Below the pieces are notes generated by a model. The model was not told where the DNA came from and did no database searches. It saw only the letters and a program-made list of their open reading frames with translations. From positions 1-64,000 of the forward strand of contig JASLZZ010000056.1 of NCBI GenBank assembly GCA_030754595.1: a stretch of 64,000 bases of DNA, written 5' to 3'. Below, one piece after another: positions 56,636-64,000 of the stretch; position 1 is the stretch's first letter; each line of letters starts with the position of its first letter. The translations under genes were made by a program, and so were the position numbers. This stretch comes from Nitrospinota bacterium. Lineage in GTDB: Bacteria; UBA8248.

Positions 56636-57271
56636 ATGAATTTCGGGAAATTATTGACAGCCCTCATCTCCCTTTTCATCATTGGGGGATGCGGCGCGGG
56701 GGCCGTGAGGGAGGTGCCGATCTCCCTTCGCTATCTCCCGTCGAAGGAGGCCAAATTCGCCCCCCTGGCCGGCCTGAACACGGTGGGGCTCGGCCTGATC
56801 GAGGACGTCAGAAGAAAACGGCCCGCCGGCGCGGTGGGCGAGCGCGTCCGCTTCACCGCCGAAATCGATCGCTTTCATCCGGAAAAAGGGGTCTCCGGCG
56901 CGGTGGAGAAAATCATCCGCGGTTATTTCACCAAGCGAAGCGTACGCGTCCTCAAATCGGCCTGGAACGGCAACCCCGACAATATCTGGGGGAAAAAGGG
57001 GGATCTGGTCCTTTCGGTCCGCGTGTTGGCGCTCTGGTTCTCGGGCAGCGATTCCGTCGCTCTCGCCCGGGCCTCGAGCACCTTCCGAATCGAGTTGAAG
57101 GTGGGCTCACCCAGGACCGGGACGGTTATCATCAAAACCATCCAGATCGATCCTTCGGCGAGAAGGAATATCTTCTGGGAGTCCCGGGACGTTGAATTAT
57201 GGCTCAGCCGCTCCATCTCGGAGGCCTTCGACCGAATCCTGCCCGGCCTCGGAAGGCGGCTGGTCGGATGA
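56636..57271 (+). CDS. Putative lipoprotein
   Basis: Signal peptide ending in the lipobox-like IGGC. Confidence 0.65.
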   Translation: MNFGKLLTALISLFIIGGCGAGAVREVPISLRYLPSKEAKFAPLAGLNTVGLGLIEDVRRKRPAGAVGERVRFTAEIDRFHPEKGVSGAVEKIIRGYFTKRSVRVLKSAWNGNPDNIWGKKGDLVLSVRVLALWFSGSDSVALARASSTFRIELKVGSPRTGTVIIKTIQIDPSARRNIFWESRDVELWLSRSISEAFDRILPGLGRRLVG

Positions 57272-57412
57272 GGACCCACCCCCCTCCCTTAGGCGCGATG
57301 CGGCTTCCGAGAGGCGGGCGAAAGGATTGACGCTCAGGGCGGTTCCTGTAAAAATCGGGGATTATTGGCCCTTCTTAAACATATCCCACGCTTGTGCGCC
57401 GGCTTCCATTAA

Positions 57413-58468
<1,056 letters not shown>

Positions 58469-58499
58469 GGCCGCCGCCACAGGGGGAAACGGACCGAAA

Positions 58500-59723
58500 A
58501 TGGGAAACCTCACCAGCTCTATCGAGAACGGGACGCCGAAACTCGACATCGAGGAAATCGATGTCGCGGGCAAGCGCGTATTCCTCAGGGTCGATTTCAA
58601 CGTTCCCCTCGACGATCAATTCATAATCACCGACGACACCCGGATCCGGGCGGTCCTGCCGACCATCAATTTTCTTCTCGACGAGGGGGCGCGCGTCATC
58701 GTCGGCTCCCACCTCGGTCGGCCCAAGGGCAAGAAAGTCGACAAATTCTCTCTTGCCCCGGCGGCGAAGCGGCTCAGCCGCCTCCTCGAGAAGGAGTGCC
58801 CCCTCGCGCCCGACTGCAAGGGAAGCGAGGTCGCGGCCATGGCCGATTCCATGCAGGGGGGGGAGATTCTCATTCTCGAGAACCTCCGCTTCCAAGAGGG
58901 CGAGGGAGCCAACTCGGATAAATTCGCCAAGGAGCTTGCCTCGCTGGCGGACATATACGTCAGCGACGCATTCGGAAACGCCCACCGCGAGCACGCCTCC
59001 ATGTCGGCCATCACAAAATACCTCCAGCCCGCCGTCGCCGGCTTCCTGATGCTCAAGGAGGTGAATTATCTCTCCCGCGCCGTGAACAGCCCGATGCGGC
59101 CCGTAGTGGCGATTATCGGAGGCGCCAAGGCGAGCACCAAGATCGGCATCATCGAGCGCCTGCTCGGCAAGATGGACAAGATCATCATCGGCGGAGGGAT
59201 GGCGGGGACCTTTCACGCCGCCCAGGGCTTCGAGATGGGACATAGTCTCGTCGAGGAGGACATGATCGACACGGCGGCCTCGATCATACAAAAAGCCAGG
59301 GAACTCGGCGTGAACTTCTACCTCCCCTGCGACTACGTCGTCGCCGATAAATTCGAGGCCTCCGCCGAAACCAAGGTGGTCCCCGCCCAGGAGGTACCCA
59401 GGGAGTGGCACGCCCTCGACATCGGTCCGGCGAGCACCACCCTCTTCGCCGAGGCCCTTCAGGACGCGAAAACCATCATATGGAACGGCCCGATGGGCGT
59501 CTTCGAGGCGGACGCCTTCAGCCGGGGAACCTATGCGATGGTCAACCACGTGGCCAACTCTTACGCCCTCACCATCGTGGGCGGGGGCGACACCGATGTG
59601 GCCGTGCATAAGGCCGGCGAATCGCGGAGAATCTCTTACATCTCCACTGGCGGAGGCGCATTCCTCGAGTTGCTCGAAGGGAAGGAGCTCCCCGGCCTTA
59701 CCTCGCTAACCGACCAGAAATAA
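58500..59723 (+). CDS. pgk: Phosphoglycerate kinase
   Basis: RVDFNVP, SHLGRP, LENLRF, WNGPMGVFE, GGGDT and ISTGGGA motifs. Confidence 0.97.
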   Translation: MGNLTSSIENGTPKLDIEEIDVAGKRVFLRVDFNVPLDDQFIITDDTRIRAVLPTINFLLDEGARVIVGSHLGRPKGKKVDKFSLAPAAKRLSRLLEKECPLAPDCKGSEVAAMADSMQGGEILILENLRFQEGEGANSDKFAKELASLADIYVSDAFGNAHREHASMSAITKYLQPAVAGFLMLKEVNYLSRAVNSPMRPVVAIIGGAKASTKIGIIERLLGKMDKIIIGGGMAGTFHAAQGFEMGHSLVEEDMIDTAASIIQKARELGVNFYLPCDYVVADKFEASAETKVVPAQEVPREWHALDIGPASTTLFAEALQDAKTIIWNGPMGVFEADAFSRGTYAMVNHVANSYALTIVGGGDTDVAVHKAGESRRISYISTGGGAFLELLEGKELPGLTSLTDQK

Positions 59724-59760
59724 CGGACCGCTATCCCCTGTTTACGAAACGGGAGCCTTG

Positions 59761-60543
<783 letters not shown>

Positions 60544-60587
60544 CCTTTGCGTATTTAAATAATAATCAAGGAGTTAATAGCGATAAC

Positions 60588-60938
60588 ATGAGCATATTTC
60601 TCACTGTCGTCCATATCCTCGCCGCCGTTTCTCTGATCCTTTTCGTACTCCTTCAGGCCGGAAAAGGCGGCGGCATCGGCGCCGCCTTCGGCGGGGGATC
60701 GAGCGACACCCTTTTCGGTTCGAGCGGCCCCGCCGGAATACTGGGGAAACTGACCACCGGCGCGGCTATCCTTTTCATGGCGACCTCGTTGCTGCTCTCC
60801 TTTTTCGGAGCGCGCAGCCAGACCGGCTCTCTCGTCCCGGACGCGCCCGTCCGTCCACTGACCCAAAGCAGCGCTCCCGCCAAACCGGGCGCCGCCGCCC
60901 CCCAGCAGAGCCCAGAGACCGGAAAACCAGGCTCCTGA
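60588..60938 (+). CDS. secG: Preprotein translocase subunit SecG
   Basis: VLLQAGKG.G.GAAFGGG...FG motif, two TM segments, position after tpiA. Confidence 0.93.
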   Translation: MSIFLTVVHILAAVSLILFVLLQAGKGGGIGAAFGGGSSDTLFGSSGPAGILGKLTTGAAILFMATSLLLSFFGARSQTGSLVPDAPVRPLTQSSAPAKPGAAAPQQSPETGKPGS

Positions 60939-60969
60939 CAGCCACATCTTCGCCTCACGGGGGCAATGG

Positions 60970-63045
60970 ATGACCATTAAACGGCTCCTCGTTTTTCTTC
61001 CCCTTCTCGTCACCGTGATTCTTCTCCAGTCCTACTTCTGGGTCCCCACCTTCAGCGACCAGGTGAAGGGAAGCGACCGGCGGCTCTCCCAGTACATCTC
61101 GGGCTCGATCGGCGACGCCCAGATTCTAAACCCCATCCTTCATGCGGATACCACGAGCGGCGCCATCGTGGACCAAGTTTTCGATGGCCTCATCGACCGG
61201 GACAAAAACCTCAGGTTCAGGGGTAGGCTGGCCACCTCATGGCGAATCTACGAGGAGACCTTTTTCGCCCCGCGGCCGGACGGGCCCACGGCCGAGGCGC
61301 TCCGGGACCTTATCCGGGCGGCGGTCTCGGCCAAAAGCGTCCCCTGGGCGAATGAGGTCACCGGGGTTGAAATCGCCGCCGCCGCCAGTGAGAAAGTCTC
61401 GATTTTCCTCCCCCCCGCCAAAAAGGGCCAGAAACCCCGGCGCGAGGCCGTGACCCTCGCCTACCCGGCGAGGGTGAAGGTGACGCTCAAGAGCGTGGAT
61501 CAGGATTTCTTCAAGAAATTAATAATCCTGCTGGGGCAGGACGCCTTCGCGGACGACCCCGCGCCTTATCTCCCCGAGGGGCTGGACGAGCGCGTAAAAA
61601 AAGCCGCGCTCGGGCGGGTCAACCTCACCGAGCACAACCCGGTCATCATTTTTAAACTCCGGCAGGACGTCCGTTTCCATGACGGCCACGAGTTCGACTC
61701 GGGCGACGTGCGCTTCACCTACGAGTCAATCATGAACCCGCGCAATCTTTCGCCCCGCGTCCCCGATTTCGAGCCCATTAAAACCGTAGAGACGCCCGCT
61801 CGCTTCACCGTGAAAGTCACCTACAAGCGGCTCTACTCACCCGCCTTCGGCACCTGGGGAATGCAAATACTTCCCGAGCACCTGCTCAACAAAAAGGCGC
61901 TTGAGGCCGAAGCCCGCAGCCTCGGCCGCGACCTTAAGAAATTTACCATGCGCGACAGCGGCTTCAACCGGAGTCCGCTCGGCACCGGAGCGTTCAAATT
62001 CAAGGAGTGGCAGTCGGACGAGCTCATCCACCTCGTGCGCAACGACGACTACTGGGAGGGCCCTGCGAAATACAACGAATACATCATGCGGATCATTCCC
62101 GACCCTCTCACGCAGGAGATGGCCTTCTACGCGGGCACGGTGGACAGCTACGGCGCCGGTACGCATCAAGTCGAGCGTCTGAGAAATGACCCGCGCTTTC
62201 AGGTCTTCTCGGGTCTCTCGTTCGGCTTCACTTACATCGGCTACAATCTGCGCCGGGAACCCTTCAAGGACGTGCGCGTGCGCCGGGCGCTGAGCATGGC
62301 GGTGGACACCCGGAAAATCCATAAATTTGTTTTATACGGCGAGGCCGAGAACATCACCGGCCCCTTCGTAAAGCAGAGCGAGCACTACAACAAACTGGTC
62401 AAGCCTCTGCCCCACGACCCGAAAGGGGCCGAGCGCCTCCTGCACGAAGCCGGATGGAAAAAAGCGGGCGGGAAATTGGTCAAGGACGGCAAGCAACTCG
62501 CCTTCAAGCTCGTCACCAACAACGGCAACGAGTCCCGAAAAGCCATCTCCCAGGTGGTCCAGGACGCTTGGAAGCGCATCGGCGTCAAGGTAAGCCTCGA
62601 CCGGGTCGAATGGGCCGTTTTTCTTCAAAAATACATCAACGCCCTCAACTTCGATGCGGTTATTCTCGGCTGGCGGTTGGGGCTCGATCCGGATTTGTAT
62701 CAAATCTGGCACTCGAGCCAGACCAACCCACACCAACTTAATTTCGTCGGCTACAAGAATTCAAAAGCGGACGACCTCATCATCAAAATCCGCCAGGAGT
62801 ACGATCTGAAAAAACAGGTCGGCTTCGCCCACCGGCTCCACGAGATCATCTACCGCGACCAGCCCTACACGTTTTTATACGTGGGCAAATGGACGGCCCT
62901 TCTCGACAAGAAAATCGTCGTCGCCGAGAAAGGCGCCGGCGGCAAGAGCAGCTACCGAAAAATACATCCCACCCCGACGGGAAACTACACCTACGATTTT
63001 CGCAAGTGGCTCAAACTCCCCGTCAACCCCCGGTTCGAGGGCTAA
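60970..63045 (+). CDS. Peptide/nickel ABC transporter substrate-binding protein (family 5)
   Basis: LNP, FDGL, LATSW, FHDG...DVRFT, GTGAF and DVRVRRAL motifs. Confidence 0.9.
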   Translation: MTIKRLLVFLPLLVTVILLQSYFWVPTFSDQVKGSDRRLSQYISGSIGDAQILNPILHADTTSGAIVDQVFDGLIDRDKNLRFRGRLATSWRIYEETFFAPRPDGPTAEALRDLIRAAVSAKSVPWANEVTGVEIAAAASEKVSIFLPPAKKGQKPRREAVTLAYPARVKVTLKSVDQDFFKKLIILLGQDAFADDPAPYLPEGLDERVKKAALGRVNLTEHNPVIIFKLRQDVRFHDGHEFDSGDVRFTYESIMNPRNLSPRVPDFEPIKTVETPARFTVKVTYKRLYSPAFGTWGMQILPEHLLNKKALEAEARSLGRDLKKFTMRDSGFNRSPLGTGAFKFKEWQSDELIHLVRNDDYWEGPAKYNEYIMRIIPDPLTQEMAFYAGTVDSYGAGTHQVERLRNDPRFQVFSGLSFGFTYIGYNLRREPFKDVRVRRALSMAVDTRKIHKFVLYGEAENITGPFVKQSEHYNKLVKPLPHDPKGAERLLHEAGWKKAGGKLVKDGKQLAFKLVTNNGNESRKAISQVVQDAWKRIGVKVSLDRVEWAVFLQKYINALNFDAVILGWRLGLDPDLYQIWHSSQTNPHQLNFVGYKNSKADDLIIKIRQEYDLKKQVGFAHRLHEIIYRDQPYTFLYVGKWTALLDKKIVVAEKGAGGKSSYRKIHPTPTGNYTYDFRKWLKLPVNPRFEG

Positions 63046-63048
63046 GCG

Positions 63049-64000
63049 ATGACCGCATATATCATCCGCACAGCCTTCTTCAAAATTATTACGCTCGTGA
63101 TCATTTCGATCATCAGCTTCCTGATCATCCACCTCGCGCCGGGCCAACCGAGCCAAATCGACCCGCTCAACCCGCGCTTCAGGAAAGAAGACATCGCCCG
63201 CTACCGCGCCGCCTTCGACCTCGACAAACCGCTGTGGAAGCAATATTACCTCTTCTATAAAAAACTCGGCTCGGGCGAGCTCAAGAGTTTCAAGGACAAT
63301 CAACCCGTTCTGGGAAAAATATGGCGGCGGTTCATGAACAGCCTGCCCCTCTTCGTCGTCGGCACCATCCTCACCTGGTGCCTCTCGTTCCCGATGGGCA
63401 TACCAGCGGCCTTGAACCGGGGAGGCATCTACGATCGAACGACCACATTTCTCTCGTATTTCTTCATTTCCTTCCCCGGTTTTGTTCTGGCATATCTGCT
63501 CATTCTCGGAGTCGCCGGTATGTTCGAGGTGCCCGTGCTGGGCATGCGGACTTTCGGGCAGGAAACCGCGCCCACCCTCTACTGGCTCAACGACCGCGTT
63601 TGGCACCTGGTTCTGCCGAGCCTGCTGGGCGCAATCGGAGGCATTGCCTTTCTCTCGCGCTATGTGCGCGTGCAAATGATAGAAGTCATCGACTCGGATT
63701 TCGTGCGCACCGCCCACTCAAAGGGCCTTGACGAGAACACCGTCTATTATGTTCATGCGCTCCGGAACGCGGCGCTCCCCTTCGTCACCATGTTCGGTCT
63801 TCTTATACCCGCCCTCATCGGCGGCTCGGTCATTATCGAAAATATATTCGCCTGGCCTGGCATGGGCCGGATGGCCTTCGAGGCGATTCTCGCGCGCGAT
63901 TACCCGATAGTCATCAGCCTGAATTTCTTCGCCGCCATTCTCGTACTGATCGGCACCTTCTTCTCCGACATCCTCCTCGTCATCGTCGATCCTAGGATTC
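63049..64000 (+). CDS. Peptide ABC transporter permease (OppB/DppB), runs off the window end
   Basis: ATG 63049 MTAYIIR...HLAPG; DFVRTAHSKGL...HALRNA, FAWPGMG, RDYP and DPRI at the window end. Absent from the ORF track because no stop codon falls inside the window. Confidence 0.9.
   Translation, partial: MTAYIIRTAFFKIITLVIISIISFLIIHLAPGQPSQIDPLNPRFRKEDIARYRAAFDLDKPLWKQYYLFYKKLGSGELKSFKDNQPVLGKIWRRFMNSLPLFVVGTILTWCLSFPMGIPAALNRGGIYDRTTTFLSYFFISFPGFVLAYLLILGVAGMFEVPVLGMRTFGQETAPTLYWLNDRVWHLVLPSLLGAIGGIAFLSRYVRVQMIEVIDSDFVRTAHSKGLDENTVYYVHALRNAALPFVTMFGLLIPALIGGSVIIENIFAWPGMGRMAFEAILARDYPIVISLNFFAAILVLIGTFFSDILLVIVDPRI

Noticed and set aside
60938..60970. tRNA-Leu, often found after secG
   Set aside because: The gap is only about 30 bp and has no cloverleaf; no tRNA was recognised anywhere in the window.

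Overview
A 64 kb chromosomal segment of a high-GC bacterium; the lineage cannot be assigned from this window. Housekeeping genes include pdxA, cca, pyrR, aroA, tag, rimI, a divergent pgi, gap-pgk-tpiA-secG and the start of a peptide ABC transporter. Catabolic and transport genes include ComD/E-like TPP decarboxylase subunits, a class III CoA-transferase, a TAXI-TRAP transporter, PrpF, GGT, hydantoinase/oxoprolinase A+B, an anaerobic sulfatase maturase and four EamA genes. Five adjacent paralog pairs stand out (quinone oxidoreductases, 2-hydroxyacid dehydrogenases, MBL hydrolases, acyl-CoA synthetases, TauE/SafE). Reading between the listed ORFs shows an IS3 right end (1-139), an internally deleted IS1380 relic, an IS1595 relic, a decayed type III PKS, and three genes with single lesions (cupin, Gfo/Idh/MocA, cvpA). 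The best candidates for undescribed biology are: (i) an orphan ThsB-like TIR gene co-oriented behind a chlorite-dismutase-like gene, with no ThsA; (ii) a ~310 nt structured leader with three copies of a 25 nt hairpin motif upstream of a UPF0173 hydrolase; (iii) apparent pseudo-enzymes (an XRE-S24 repressor without its Ser/Lys dyad and a hydantoinase B with substituted metal ligands); (iv) an orphan small pentaheme NapC/NirT-like cytochrome. No rRNA, tRNA or CRISPR array was seen. All family calls come from motifs recognised by eye, not from database searches.
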